A DNA stretch of 64,000 nt. Origin: Wickerhamiella versatilis (taxonomy: Eukaryota). The notes under the pieces are model-generated. The model made no database searches, was not told the DNA's origin, and saw nothing but the letters and a program-made list of their open reading frames with translations. Below, one piece after another: positions 1 to 11,319 of this stretch; position 1 is the first letter of the stretch, and each line of letters begins with the position of its first letter. The position numbers and the translations under genes were made by a program. The stretch covers positions 2,418,001-2,482,000 of the forward strand of contig JAQOWU010000008.1 in assembly GCA_030867685.1 (NCBI GenBank), in the 5' to 3' direction.

Positions 1-632
1 GCGTGGGCCCCCATTCTGAGATCGCAGAATTGGCAAAATGGTCATCTGTGCCAGTAATAAATGCACTCTGTGAAAAATTTCATCCGATGCAGGCTGTAGC
101 CGATATGATAACTATCCATGAAGCGTTCCGCGGAAACGTTCAAGGCCTCAAGCTGGCTTGGATCGGGGATGCCAACAACGTACTCCATGATCTTGCGCTA
201 GCTTGCGTGAAACAAGGCATCAATGTCTCAGCGGCCACCCCAGCAGAATATCCTGTATCAAAGGATATAGTAGATCTGGTTTCAAAGAATGCACAAGATG
301 GCGCGAAGTTATCTCTTACCACCAATCCTCTTGAGGCTGCAGCTGATGCAGATGTTCTGGTTACTGATACATGGGTATCTATGGGTCAAGAATCTGAGAA
401 GAAGCTTCGACTAAAACAGTTTGATGGCTTTCAGATTTCGTCTAAGTTGGCCGCAACAGCAGGTGCCAAACCGCACTGGAAATTTATGCATTGCCTGCCT
501 CGGAAGCCTGAAGAGGTTACTGATGAAGTTTTTTACTCGGACCGTTCGCTTGTCTTCCAAGAAGCCGAAAATAGACTTTATTCTGCAATTGCGACCCTCG
601 AAGCATTTGTTGTTGACAAGGGGGATTTTTAA
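1..632 (+). CDS. ARG3: Ornithine carbamoyltransferase, 5'-truncated by the window edge
   Basis: Motifs INAL..HPMQ, WIGDANNV, TDTWVSMGQE, FMHCLPR and EAENR. Confidence 0.95.
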   Translation, partial: VGPHSEIAELAKWSSVPVINALCEKFHPMQAVADMITIHEAFRGNVQGLKLAWIGDANNVLHDLALACVKQGINVSAATPAEYPVSKDIVDLVSKNAQDGAKLSLTTNPLEAAADADVLVTDTWVSMGQESEKKLRLKQFDGFQISSKLAATAGAKPHWKFMHCLPRKPEEVTDEVFYSDRSLVFQEAENRLYSAIATLEAFVVDKGDF

Positions 633-822
633 AGTAGAGTCTCATTTAAGAAAAACAAGCACGCTGTAGCAATCTCTATGAGGCTAATTTATGTAAAATT
701 TCTGATTGTATCTTATATTTCTCTTTTTTCGGTCGCAGTTCCTTTGAACAATTACCTAGAGTGGATCAATTGGCACTAGGCGTCAGCATTAGGTGTTCAT
801 TGTAAACAAGTGTATTTTTTTT

Positions 823-3015
823 CTATCTTTTAGCAAAAAGAACTTGGCGAGTCAGGTTGACATTAAGTAGTCGAGTGCTATGTGGATTCTCCAACATCGC
901 ATTTGAATCCTTGGGTTGTGAGCCATTCCGGCAAGCAAGAGTAATATGGGGATGTGCATTCCCACATTCAGCGGGTGTAGACACGCGAATAACCAGTAAA
1001 TCATCGTTCCAGCATAGTTCCAATAGACAAACATCAGCATATGCACCTAGGTCAACAATTTCTTTTTTCGAAGACTTTAGCTGAGAAGCAAATTTGGATC
1101 TATATTTCTTCCATAATTCCTTGTGTGCACGATAGTGGGCTAAAGTAACATGGAATTCAGGACGAAGCACAGCATCTCTCCACTCCGCAGGTAGCTCGAT
1201 GGTATGTACAAAAGTGGGATCAATCTTGATAGCGAAATACTCGGGCGGTGGCAACTTTTCCTGCTTCTTAGGTTCATTCCCCGCAACAGGCAACACGGGC
1301 TTGTATTTGAAAGCCTTCTCCAAAGCTTCCCTGGTATTTACAGTACACTGGGGTCCCAAATTATATTTTTCCTCAAGAGAATTTATTATTTTTTGAAGAC
1401 TCCAATCCGAGTTAACAACATCAAGGTCGATAATTAAGTCGAATAATGAATCGGGGGGACCAGAATTTCGGTCTACGACCTGGAATCTACCTTCAAAGCC
1501 TTTCATAACATTATCAACCAATATGTCACTCATATCTCTGATAGTCTGATGATTACCACCACGTTTACCAACTCTTTCCCGTGTAATCAACTTGGTATCT
1601 TTAGTTGGGCCTCTTGGTAGAAAGTTCAAGCAAACAAACCGTAATGCGTACCCTTTGAATCCGGTGGCTTCTACAAGATCATCATGAAGCTGCTGACGCT
1701 CTCGTCTCATGTGATTATTACGATCAGCTATCACTACATCAGAGCTGTCGAGCGCATTAGCAAGGCGTTTCACAAATTCAGTCCTTTTTGACTTACCCGA
1801 AAGAGAATCGTTTTGGATGTGAGGCCACCCCATCAGCTCGCTGAGAGCCACGGCTATAGTTGTCTTGCCGCATCCAATTGTGGCTACCGGCTCCAAAACG
1901 TACTTTGGTATTCCGTTGAATCCGAGCTCTAGTAATTCTTCTGGACTCATGCCTGCGCTATCCAGAAACTTATCTCGCAACTCGATTATACCCTGCTTCT
2001 GATCGCGAATTCGTGTAAGAAGACCAGGGTGCTGCTTGAGATACGCAATTGCAAACTGAAGATAGCGTATGCTAGACTCACGGTGTTTCAAAACAACACG
2101 AGGCGCATTCATAGTTGCCTCTGGATTGCCCTCATGTGATAAGTACTGAAATGTGATCTCCCGCCACTGTCTATACATGTGATAAGGCTCCTCAAACTTA
2201 TATTTGAAAAAAAAGTCGGCCCCAAGGCGTCTACAACGAACAACAAAGCCTTCAACTGGGCCTCTGTCTTTCCACAGCCCGTCTTGTGCACTCTTTTCAA
2301 GAAAGCTTCGCAGGCTTTGAAGCGATGGCTGTACCAGAAACTCTGTCTCATTGAAACCGAATTTTCTGGCCCACAAAGCAACTGTATCTGGTGATTTCGT
2401 GGCAAAATCTGCAGTGTTGTAATTAAGCCCTGTTAAATAAATACCTGCTTGTTCACTAGGATAGGCCAGAACATGTTCTTCAAAAGAATCGTCACATAAC
2501 TCGCCAACAGCTGTGAGATTATTTGCTTCTAGCTCCTCAGCAAAATCTTTTTCACTGCGACCTGCCCTTTTTAAATGCTCACGAACCCAATTATATCCTG
2601 CCAAAGCATGATTTTTTCCCTGCCCCTCATGAGGCCCACTTGAATGCTTTGAGGTCACAATAAGCTTACCCTCAAAGCCCCCAATAAGAACCAAGCAACC
2701 ATTTTCCTTCACTGTGGTAAAATAAGGTCCTTCTGTCTCTTGTTCGAGTGCATCCCACTTTGTATAGGGAACTTCATCCATCGAAAAAAATTTATCATAT
2801 CCCCTTAAAACAATTTTGTCGCCGATAGTAAAAAGTCCCCTCGCTCGAGTTGGTAATTTCACGGACTCCTTGAAGTAATCCCATTCATTGAACTTCCAGC
2901 TTTTAACTTCAATCTCAGGATGTCCCCACACTTGATGCACTGAGCATTTGGCTCTACCGTTCTTTTTTTCCGATAGAGAACATTTCTCTAATTCCTGAAT
3001 TAGGTCAATAGTCAT
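823..3015 (-). CDS. TRL1: Fungal trifunctional tRNA ligase (ligase-kinase-cyclic phosphodiesterase)
   Basis: KENG adenylation motif, ELCDDSFEEH, EGFVVR, FFKYK, kinase P-loop ATIGCGKTT, and two HxT motifs (FHVTL, PHITL). Confidence 0.95.
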   Translation of the reverse strand: MTIDLIQELEKCSLSEKKNGRAKCSVHQVWGHPEIEVKSWKFNEWDYFKESVKLPTRARGLFTIGDKIVLRGYDKFFSMDEVPYTKWDALEQETEGPYFTTVKENGCLVLIGGFEGKLIVTSKHSSGPHEGQGKNHALAGYNWVREHLKRAGRSEKDFAEELEANNLTAVGELCDDSFEEHVLAYPSEQAGIYLTGLNYNTADFATKSPDTVALWARKFGFNETEFLVQPSLQSLRSFLEKSAQDGLWKDRGPVEGFVVRCRRLGADFFFKYKFEEPYHMYRQWREITFQYLSHEGNPEATMNAPRVVLKHRESSIRYLQFAIAYLKQHPGLLTRIRDQKQGIIELRDKFLDSAGMSPEELLELGFNGIPKYVLEPVATIGCGKTTIAVALSELMGWPHIQNDSLSGKSKRTEFVKRLANALDSSDVVIADRNNHMRRERQQLHDDLVEATGFKGYALRFVCLNFLPRGPTKDTKLITRERVGKRGGNHQTIRDMSDILVDNVMKGFEGRFQVVDRNSGPPDSLFDLIIDLDVVNSDWSLQKIINSLEEKYNLGPQCTVNTREALEKAFKYKPVLPVAGNEPKKQEKLPPPEYFAIKIDPTFVHTIELPAEWRDAVLRPEFHVTLAHYRAHKELWKKYRSKFASQLKSSKKEIVDLGAYADVCLLELCWNDDLLVIRVSTPAECGNAHPHITLACRNGSQPKDSNAMLENPHSTRLLNVNLTRQVLFAKR

Positions 3016-3088
3016 TCATACCTCCTAGATGATTAAGCAGAAGGGACCAAGACTTTGGATCTCCCGATGATTAATACTGTAGCCAATC

Positions 3089-3388
3089 ATGTCTTTCATT
3101 GCGAAGCGAGGCATTTCGTCTTTGATTCCGCCCAAGGTAGCAAGTGCTGCAAATCTTGGCTCTGCACCAAATGCTAAACGCATGGAAAGGGTTGTGAACT
3201 TCTACAAGGGCCTTCCGCAAGGACCTGCGCCAGCTACGAAAGCCACTTCTTTCGTTGGTAAATATCGTGAGAAGTACGTGGATTCTGGCTCTGGAAAACC
3301 ACTGCTCCACGTGATTTTCGGTCTTTTGGGTCTGGGATACGGACTGGACTACTATTTCCACCTCAGACATGAGCATGAGGAGCACTAA
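3089..3388 (+). CDS. ATP17: Mitochondrial ATP synthase subunit f
   Basis: [29 protein letters not shown] and YYFHLRH. Confidence 0.93.
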   Translation: MSFIAKRGISSLIPPKVASAANLGSAPNAKRMERVVNFYKGLPQGPAPATKATSFVGKYREKYVDSGSGKPLLHVIFGLLGLGYGLDYYFHLRHEHEEH

Positions 3389-3627
3389 ATCGAATGCGTG
3401 ATCGGCCATTATCTGCTATTGATGGTCTATTGTACTTGCTCAATTAACCTCGCAGGAATTGCTAAAGGTTTAAGTTAGTGAATGTTCACGCCTCACAGGT
3501 TCATAGGGAAAATAAGTGCAATCAAATATAGGTACTACTAGAAAGTAGTAAATGAGCTGTGTTGCAGTATAAAGCGCATAGACATGAAAGTATATTTGTA
3601 CAATACTCTGTTGCTTTATTTTTGTTT

Positions 3628-4734
3628 TCATAGTTCATATTCATTAGTACTTAGACTTAATGGTTCGGTTATTGAATGTGGTGCATGTCTGAATGCCTCA
3701 GCCACCGAGTCTATATTTTCACCTCTGCTAGTCCAATCAATTGGTTTAGACTGATACACCTTTAGACCTTCATGGCTGTCAAAAAAAATGCCATCTTCAG
3801 TCCAAATTAAGGCTATCGCATGCAGTCTATTCCGCAGTGGAAGTTCTATGCCTGATTGTACATCCCACACTTTAACATGTGAGTCCGTTGCCGATGCCAC
3901 AGATGTACGAGCTGGATTGAGAGATACTCCTAAATAAGGATTTGACCAATTTAGGTAACCAGAAAAGCTGTGGAGGGGCATTTGCATGCGTTCATCGTAT
4001 AACGTCATTTGATCCTTAAGACCCGAAACAAGGATCTGTGAGGAACCAATATCCATGATACGTGTTGGACGTGAATCGTGTCCCTTTTCCCACTGTGAAA
4101 GTTTTGACATACGTCGATCCCAGGTTGCCAAATTTCCGTTTCTTTGTCCAACAACACTATCAGCCATAGCTACTATCGCCGACTTTGCTTTCCAGAATTC
4201 GGCATCAATTGAGAAAATACCTTTTTCAGTTCCCACAAAAGTTGAATATTGGCAAATTATTGATGCACTAGGCGGTAAGCAAAGCAAGCGATCATGGTAG
4301 AGCGAAACGCTTCCTGTCTCACGACACAAGCTTATCATTTCTCCCAGTCCCACCGTTGCTCCATCCAGAGAAACGCTCGATATATTCTTGTGTTGCCGTG
4401 AAATGCATATCAACGCACCCTCGAGTGAACCCCCCCATATAGCGCCTCCATGAGAAGCTAGAAGGGAAGTTCGAATGTTAGAAACTTTACTTAATTGGCT
4501 GAGACAAGAGGTTTCGTTCCTTTGTGACGAGAGAATAGTAGTGCGACTCGATGCATCAGGCAAAAGTGGAAGTGGTTTCGAATCTAGCGCTTGTCGTTTA
4601 ATCTCCCGCTTAGAAGATGCTATTTCACCTACAGTCCATGAATGAGCACTAGAATGTGGAGCTTGTCCAGATTTAAGGATACGAAAGTATCGTTGTCGTT
4701 TCTCATCCCACGCAAATCCTGGTATATCACGCAT
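3628..4734 (-). CDS. WD40-repeat protein, DCAF4/WDR21-like
   Basis: N-terminal IPGFAWDEKRQRYFRI motif typical of the DCAF4/WDR21 family; WD units WDRR, YDER and VKVWDV. Confidence 0.65.
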   Translation of the reverse strand: MRDIPGFAWDEKRQRYFRILKSGQAPHSSAHSWTVGEIASSKREIKRQALDSKPLPLLPDASSRTTILSSQRNETSCLSQLSKVSNIRTSLLASHGGAIWGGSLEGALICISRQHKNISSVSLDGATVGLGEMISLCRETGSVSLYHDRLLCLPPSASIICQYSTFVGTEKGIFSIDAEFWKAKSAIVAMADSVVGQRNGNLATWDRRMSKLSQWEKGHDSRPTRIMDIGSSQILVSGLKDQMTLYDERMQMPLHSFSGYLNWSNPYLGVSLNPARTSVASATDSHVKVWDVQSGIELPLRNRLHAIALIWTEDGIFFDSHEGLKVYQSKPIDWTSRGENIDSVAEAFRHAPHSITEPLSLSTNEYEL

Positions 4735-4993
4735 TTCAGCTGTCTTTAATCATAATTACATAACGGTTATAGCTCAGACTGAGAATAGAGATGTACTTGA
4801 TTTTGGTTGATCTGATTCTAATTGATACTATTCAACTCAGAGAACTGCCTTGAACAGGGTTTGAGCTTGGAGAGTGGGAACTATTTCTAATATTAATGAT
4901 GTTACATTGAAATGAGTTCTTGTCTGGGCCCTAATCAAACCTTATCTTTATTGACTGAATTTATTCCATGGTTCCCGCTTGTGGCAATCTGAT

Positions 4994-6532
4994 ATGCTGT
5001 TAGGCAGAGATGGTGAATTTCAGAGAGTATGGTATCTCATAGTTGTAGCTTGGTTGACATACACTCTTCATGGATTCTGTAACTCCATCACTAACGGCAT
5101 GCTCAGTCTTCCATCCTTCATTCGTGACTTTCCGGAACTCGATGACATCACGACGACTGGCGAAACCAGGAAGAAGAATGCCACAATGCTGGGTATAACG
5201 GTCGGTCTTTATCAGATCGGCTCCTCTGTGGGAGCCCTTTCCTGCTTCTATCTCACAGGAAAATTGGGCAGAAAACGAATCATTGCGATATTGGGGATTG
5301 CAAATTTGGTTGGAATAACATTACAACTAGCGGCAACGTCCCTTCCTCTTTTGATGGCCGGAAGAACTGTGATGGGTTTAGGCGTGGGAGCAGGCCATTC
5401 GACTTTCCCCTTATATTTATCAGAGACGGTGAGTCCTAATATTCGTGGTAGAGCTATAATAAGCTGCGCACTCGCTGGAAACCTCGGGCATCTTCTTGGT
5501 GCAGCGGTGGAAATATTTTTCTATTATGATAAGGACCACTCTACCGCCTGGCGTATACCTATAGCTCTAGAATTGACTGCTGGTATTGCTTCTGCAGTGA
5601 TGCCCTATTGGACGGTAGAGACACCTCAATGGCTTATCTGGCATGGCTATTATAGACGAGCAGCGGTGACCCAGTCAAAGCTCACTGGACTAGATGTCGA
5701 TGATCCTATGCTCTTATCCACTCTGCAAGAACTCTCTGGTAGTAGCAATGATAAGGCTAGTATGTCAAGAAAACCACCGAAGTGGTTGTGGAGATCTGGA
5801 ATGGCTGTAGCAATACAGATTCTAGCTAGTATGTGTGGCATTGATATTATAACTTTTTTTTCAACCCAGATATTTCAGTCCCAGTTGCATTTCAGTCCGC
5901 TCGAAAGCCGTTGTCTTACACTTGGACTGCAAGCATGTCAAGTACTCTGGTCGACTTTGGCAATATTCTTCGTTGATTTCCTTGGCCGCAGGCCTTTGCT
6001 AATGGGGGCTGCTGCCGTGATGGCATTATCCATGGGCTCTTTGAGTGGATTAACTGGAGCAGATGCAACTAGGGGGATGCTGAGCGTATCCGTACTGTTC
6101 CTCTTCCTATGTATGTCGGCCTATCCAGTAGGATTCCATCTTATTCCCTCAATGATTTGTGCAGAGATTTCTCCAAGCACTATGCGTCACGAAATTACGG
6201 CTGTAGCTGGGGCTGTTCACTGGATGACAGACTTCATGATTACTCTGATCACACCATTAGCGTTTAACAGTATCTCATTCCGGTACTACTTTGTTTATAT
6301 GTCAACGAATATACTAGCCATTGTGTTGGTATATTTATTATATCCAGATACGAAAGGTCTTACACTCGAGTCCATTGATAGTATCTTTCGAGATTCAGCA
6401 GGATATCTTGACATTGTTCCTATTGCTAGGAGGCTCGTAAAAGAACGAAAAATCTCACCTGTACAAAGCGTCAAAACTACTTATTTGTCCTGCGAAGTTT
6501 TGGGTAAGGATTCATTAAGTCTAAAGACCTAA
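4994..6532 (+). CDS. MFS sugar-porter family transporter (STL1-like sugar/polyol:H+ symporter)
   Basis: About 12 hydrophobic segments; GRK/GRR loops, SE..P..RG, ETPQWL and PDTKGLTLE. First ATG is at 4994; the ORF track starts at TTG 4979. Confidence 0.85.
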   Translation: MLLGRDGEFQRVWYLIVVAWLTYTLHGFCNSITNGMLSLPSFIRDFPELDDITTTGETRKKNATMLGITVGLYQIGSSVGALSCFYLTGKLGRKRIIAILGIANLVGITLQLAATSLPLLMAGRTVMGLGVGAGHSTFPLYLSETVSPNIRGRAIISCALAGNLGHLLGAAVEIFFYYDKDHSTAWRIPIALELTAGIASAVMPYWTVETPQWLIWHGYYRRAAVTQSKLTGLDVDDPMLLSTLQELSGSSNDKASMSRKPPKWLWRSGMAVAIQILASMCGIDIITFFSTQIFQSQLHFSPLESRCLTLGLQACQVLWSTLAIFFVDFLGRRPLLMGAAAVMALSMGSLSGLTGADATRGMLSVSVLFLFLCMSAYPVGFHLIPSMICAEISPSTMRHEITAVAGAVHWMTDFMITLITPLAFNSISFRYYFVYMSTNILAIVLVYLLYPDTKGLTLESIDSIFRDSAGYLDIVPIARRLVKERKISPVQSVKTTYLSCEVLGKDSLSLKT

Positions 6533-6722
6533 AGTTCATAGACGTCATTTCCAGTGAAAGCTTAACGTATCGTTTGAAAACAAAACAAACCAAGATTATC
6601 TTTATTATGTCACAGCCAGTGTATTAACAAGTTTTGGACAGTGGCACATCTGATTTCTGCTCAATTTTGAAGCAGTACATCAGAAGAACGGAAGCTGAAT
6701 TTTATAGAAACGATAATTTAGA

Positions 6723-9700
6723 CTAATTGAGGAAATTAAGAACTTTTTCAGCTGCCTTGCGGGCATTAGCATCACCTAAGGGCTGAACAGGAGCGGGCTC
6801 ACCTGCAAAGCGAACCTCATTCAATTTTTCTGCCGCATTTTGCTGTTCGAACACCTGCAAAACTTTTTGTTTGATGCCAGAATTCTTCAAAACACTGCTT
6901 TGCTGGTTAGCCAATGTAGCGAGATATGCAAAAATCGGTTCATACTCTTCATATCCACCTTCAAGGGGGAGCAAAGCAGTTATAGCAGATAACGCGCTTT
7001 CTTCAGGGACTAAATCTTGATTAGCAACGGCCATACGACTGACACACCCACAGGCATTAGCCGTAGCTATCGAATCCGTTAGGCCGCCCTTGAAAAGATG
7101 CTGGATTCCTGTCAAGATTTCAGGATATGCCTGGCGTACCGTTTCAGTTTCAACAGAGAAATAGCAAAGTAGTCCAACACCATAAGCACCCATAGAACGT
7201 ACTTGTAGTCGTTTATCCTGAAGCGCACTTCCGAATACCTGTAGTAGTTCTTGTGTCCAGGGGCTCATACCTTCTTTCAGCACCCCTGTGAGTTCTGCAA
7301 AAGCAACAACTCCAGTAACACGTTCATTGGTGGTTCGAGATTTGACATAGTCCTGCAGGGTTTTCGCCAATTGAGGGAAAACTGGAGCAAATTGGACAGG
7401 ACCCATCGCGCCAGCAACCGCTACTACAAGATCTACGGCAGTATCAGCAAGAGCTTCAGCAGCTTCAGAGCCACCAGCTGCCTCTGCTGCTGCCTTCTCA
7501 GCCTCATCGAGTCCATCATCATCTTCGTCACCAGCAATAGCAGGATGCGTCTTGTTTAAGACTTCGAAAATTGCGAGCATAATCTTCTCAAGATCCTCAG
7601 GTGATCCAAAGACAACAGCTCCATCCCGCCTAAGTGCTTCTGAAAGGCATTCCATTGATGCATCCACCGTTCCAAGGTCAACTTCTGTTTCCAACGCCTC
7701 CACTGTAGTATCTCTAACTGCCTTAAGTACATCTGGAGTTGGCACTGCCTTATAAAGTCTCCAAAGACCAACAATGGCCGACTTTCGCACGTCCTCGTAG
7801 AAATGACCAGCCAAGTCGACAAGATGCTTTGCGATATCATTAAGGAAGGGCTGTAGCGAGCTACTTGGGATGTTCTCTATGAGATCATTCAAGCAATCGC
7901 AGCCATACTCCTTCTCGAGCGCGACATCACTATTGACACGGATACCCGCACTTTCATCTTCTTCCATTCCAACACCACCATCATCTTCAACTAAGAGATC
8001 ATCAACTTCAAATTCCTCTTTATCAAACGTTTTGTATAGGAGAGGTAATATCTGGGGTAGCTGAGGCGCCAGTTCAGGGCCAAAAACTCGTGACGCAGAC
8101 GACACAAAGACTGGTCCACTCTCACGTAGTGCTGCCGCAGGGCACTGCATACACTGAATTGCAGTCTGCAGTACAGCGGGCAGATACGGACGAAACATGT
8201 CTGGACCAACCGCTGCGCAAAGAGTGCCAAGTGTATCCAATGTCTCTGACGAGAGTTGCGCGACCTGAGGTTGTAAGTCATCTGTAGGGACAATTACAAA
8301 CCTCTCAATAGTATGTACTGTTCTTTCAAAGAAGGGTGAATAATTGCGTCCAGCAGCGAGAGCTGCAGACCCCAACGCATTTACCACAGCACCCTGCAAC
8401 TTGAGATCCGGGGCCTGGTCAACAGCATCCAGAAGCTTAGGTACAAGTGATGATAAATAGAGGTCTGTAATTACGACACGATCCAGTGTTGAAACCAAAG
8501 TATCCAAAGACGTGCAAGCTGCGCGTGCCATCTGCAACGATTGAGCTCCATCCATCACACTGAATATCAATGGCATCAAAACAGCATGCTCCTTTCCGAC
8601 CAAGTTAGGAAGTTCCAATGCAAGCATCGACAACGCCCGCAAAGCTGCTATACGAATATATGCCACTTCTGACTGCAAACCGCTGCATACCCACGGAAGA
8701 ATTGTAGTGAATTCACCAGAGACGAACTCAGGTGCACCAGAAATTGTGACAGAGAAAGCTAAGTAGCCTGCCCTCATCTGTTCTGGTGTACCTTGCGATA
8801 AGCTTGGGACAAGCGCGATAAGGGGTTCAATTACCTGACTTGGACTGAGTGAACTACTCAGACAATCCAGAGTACGAAGACTGAGTTTCTCAAGTCCTTC
8901 ATCATCATCATCGTCGTCATCCTCATCTGGCTCAGTGGTGGACAAGATTTGGAGGAGGGCCTTCACGAGCTCAGGGCCGAAACCCAAAGCTTTGATTCTC
9001 GAAGGTCGGAACCGAACAGCATTAAAGACGTAGCGAAGAGCAGCGAGCCTGATCTCGTCATCCTCATCTGTCTTCACAGCATAGTCTGTAATCATGTGCT
9101 TAAGTAGGTCCGAGAATGTTTCACCAAGCAAAGAGGCATCACCCATAACTAAGTCATTGAAAACTTCAAAAAGCTGCAGGGCAGATTTTTCATCACCCTG
9201 TCGAACAGACTGATTCAAAATTTCAGCCATCTTGGGTACCAGTCCTTGGAAGACAGCTGTAAGTTGATTATTACCCATGATCACATCTGTTAGACCACAT
9301 AGCGCCAAAACGGTCGTTACACGTACTATTGAGCTTTCAGGATCATTTATAGTTGCTGAAAAAAGTTTCAATAACTCCGTGGCGCGTTCGCTCATAGCAG
9401 CAGTATAGTCCTGGTCTAATAATGCGTAAACAATGTAAAGTCCGACTTCTCGCTTTGATGCCTGAGTATCCTGTGCAGCTGCAAAAAGAATCGGAATAAG
9501 TTGGGCCCATTCATCATTTTCAAGATCCTGGGTTGCAACAATAGAGACCACACGAGCAGAAGTATGTCTCACCAGTTCTACTGGCTCAGCCAACGCGCTT
9601 TGAAGAACGGCCTCGCGAAGTTGGACGCGATCACCTGGAGCAATGTCTTTCCAATGGCGAGGCAGTATTTTACGGGCTTCGACACCTGCGAGTTGCCGCA

Positions 9701-9875
9701 TCTGAGGATCTTGACTTGATGTTAACACCTGTACAAGAGCAGCAGCAGATGCGGGCTGGGGATAAAACTCATGACGAAGGCGGTCGGTGGCTGCCTTGAT
9801 CTGGGCATTAGCATCGCCCGGAGCCGGATGAAGTATTTGCGAGAGGGTTTGTTCCAGTGCCGGTACCAGGTCCAT
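6723..9875 (-). CDS. KAP123: Importin beta-4 karyopherin
   Basis: IBN_N-like start (MRQLAGVEARK), HEAT repeats, acidic loops, HFYEDVRK and ANACGCVSRM. An alternative upstream ATG lies at 9899. Confidence 0.85.
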   Translation of the reverse strand: MDLVPALEQTLSQILHPAPGDANAQIKAATDRLRHEFYPQPASAAALVQVLTSSQDPQMRQLAGVEARKILPRHWKDIAPGDRVQLREAVLQSALAEPVELVRHTSARVVSIVATQDLENDEWAQLIPILFAAAQDTQASKREVGLYIVYALLDQDYTAAMSERATELLKLFSATINDPESSIVRVTTVLALCGLTDVIMGNNQLTAVFQGLVPKMAEILNQSVRQGDEKSALQLFEVFNDLVMGDASLLGETFSDLLKHMITDYAVKTDEDDEIRLAALRYVFNAVRFRPSRIKALGFGPELVKALLQILSTTEPDEDDDDDDDEGLEKLSLRTLDCLSSSLSPSQVIEPLIALVPSLSQGTPEQMRAGYLAFSVTISGAPEFVSGEFTTILPWVCSGLQSEVAYIRIAALRALSMLALELPNLVGKEHAVLMPLIFSVMDGAQSLQMARAACTSLDTLVSTLDRVVITDLYLSSLVPKLLDAVDQAPDLKLQGAVVNALGSAALAAGRNYSPFFERTVHTIERFVIVPTDDLQPQVAQLSSETLDTLGTLCAAVGPDMFRPYLPAVLQTAIQCMQCPAAALRESGPVFVSSASRVFGPELAPQLPQILPLLYKTFDKEEFEVDDLLVEDDGGVGMEEDESAGIRVNSDVALEKEYGCDCLNDLIENIPSSSLQPFLNDIAKHLVDLAGHFYEDVRKSAIVGLWRLYKAVPTPDVLKAVRDTTVEALETEVDLGTVDASMECLSEALRRDGAVVFGSPEDLEKIMLAIFEVLNKTHPAIAGDEDDDGLDEAEKAAAEAAGGSEAAEALADTAVDLVVAVAGAMGPVQFAPVFPQLAKTLQDYVKSRTTNERVTGVVAFAELTGVLKEGMSPWTQELLQVFGSALQDKRLQVRSMGAYGVGLLCYFSVETETVRQAYPEILTGIQHLFKGGLTDSIATANACGCVSRMAVANQDLVPEESALSAITALLPLEGGYEEYEPIFAYLATLANQQSSVLKNSGIKQKVLQVFEQQNAAEKLNEVRFAGEPAPVQPLGDANARKAAEKVLNFLN

Positions 9876-10466
9876 GTCGCTTACATCATTTTTTCTCATG
9901 GTAAATTTGAAAAGAGGCCCCTATCACGTGATTAAATAAGGGGGTCCTATTCAGCCAGTCTCCCGTCAGTATGTGATTCTTCGTGAAGTTCCAAACTAGC
10001 TCGAATTTTTAAAAGCATAAGAATAGGGACTTCTATGGAAGTAAAATTTCTGGTTTTTATTAGCTTTTAATAACTCTGCTCGTAATCCCTATCCTTACCC
10101 TGCGATTAACGTATCTCGTAAACTTCAACACGAAGGTTAGAACAACCGTGGAAGAAAAAATTAGGTTATTGACTAAGTTTCGCTCCGAGATGGCTAGGTT
10201 GTCTCTGTGACTGGCATATAATTTGGAATGAAAAATAACATAGGAGCAAAAGGTGCTCTAGCGGTTGTGCAAAGGATCCAAAAGTATCTTTGTAGCAGTA
10301 GTACCACCAAGGTAACCTGGTAGCTTATCGTTCGAATAAGTTTGCTGCTGACAAGCCACTGGAAAAAACTTAAATGTATGATAACGCAATAAAACTTATA
10401 TCTAATTGTATTCCAATGGGATAAATATCGTGGGAAGTTCTCATCATTTTCTGCATCTATTCTATC

Positions 10467-11099
10467 ATGGTTTCCACTCAATTCCTCACCCTCACTCTCG
10501 CAACTACTGCCCTTGCTCAACAGCAGAACACCCAGCCTTACTATATGCAAAAGGCATCACAGGCCATGGTGAACTATGCTATGAAGTATAAGCATGAAGG
10601 CGTTCCAAATAGTGTAGCGAGTTCCCAAGCTGCATACGCAGTTGATCAGATTATGAAACAGCCCCAAGCTACTAGTCTTGTACAAGGTGCGATGAAGCAC
10701 GTTGGTACAAATGGCCCACAAATGGATGGTTCGCAGATGCTCAGTCTGGCCAACCAAGCCTCACAGCTGTATGAACAGAACTCAAACAAGCCTGAATACA
10801 AGAACTTTGTCCAATATGTCCGTTCTGCCTCGAAGAACTTCAACACAGATAAAGCTGCTGTTGACGCTCAGCTTGCTGTGGAGAAGTATGGTGGTGGCAC
10901 TAAAGCGAAGTATCCCAAGCATGCAAATAAGGCCATTGGAAACGTAAATCTCGCTGTGTCCTCGGCTCAGCAAGATCCTCAGGGTAAACAAGCTATTGCG
11001 ACTGGTAAGGCTGTCGGACAGAAACTGGCTGCCGATTTCGGTGCTAGTATGCCCACTGGCATCAAGCATAGCGTCAAGAACTTTTTCAATGCTGTTTAG
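10467..11099 (+). CDS. Secreted protein of unknown function (210 aa, Ala/Gln/Lys-rich)
   Basis: Signal peptide MVSTQFLTLTLATTALA and coding-like codon bias; no family recognised. Confidence 0.75.
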   Translation: MVSTQFLTLTLATTALAQQQNTQPYYMQKASQAMVNYAMKYKHEGVPNSVASSQAAYAVDQIMKQPQATSLVQGAMKHVGTNGPQMDGSQMLSLANQASQLYEQNSNKPEYKNFVQYVRSASKNFNTDKAAVDAQLAVEKYGGGTKAKYPKHANKAIGNVNLAVSSAQQDPQGKQAIATGKAVGQKLAADFGASMPTGIKHSVKNFFNAV

Positions 11100-11319
11100 A
11101 TTTTCGTATAAGTAGGACATTTGATACTATAGATATAGAATCATGTGAAATTTTTTTAATCGAGCAAAAAGTTTGTGAGCCGACATATCAGGAAAAGGAG
11201 TGTAGATTTCTGAACAGAGGCAATAATGGTATAAAAAAGATAGCCTCATCTTTCAAGCATCCTTGATTATTTCCATTTTTTTCGATAATCGGTGAATTTC
11301 AATAGTTGAATATCCTAGA

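Noticed and set aside
823-3015. TRL1 in the same window as its substrates HAC1 and an intron-containing tRNA
   Set aside because: They are over 50 kb apart with dozens of unrelated genes between, so this is not a cluster.
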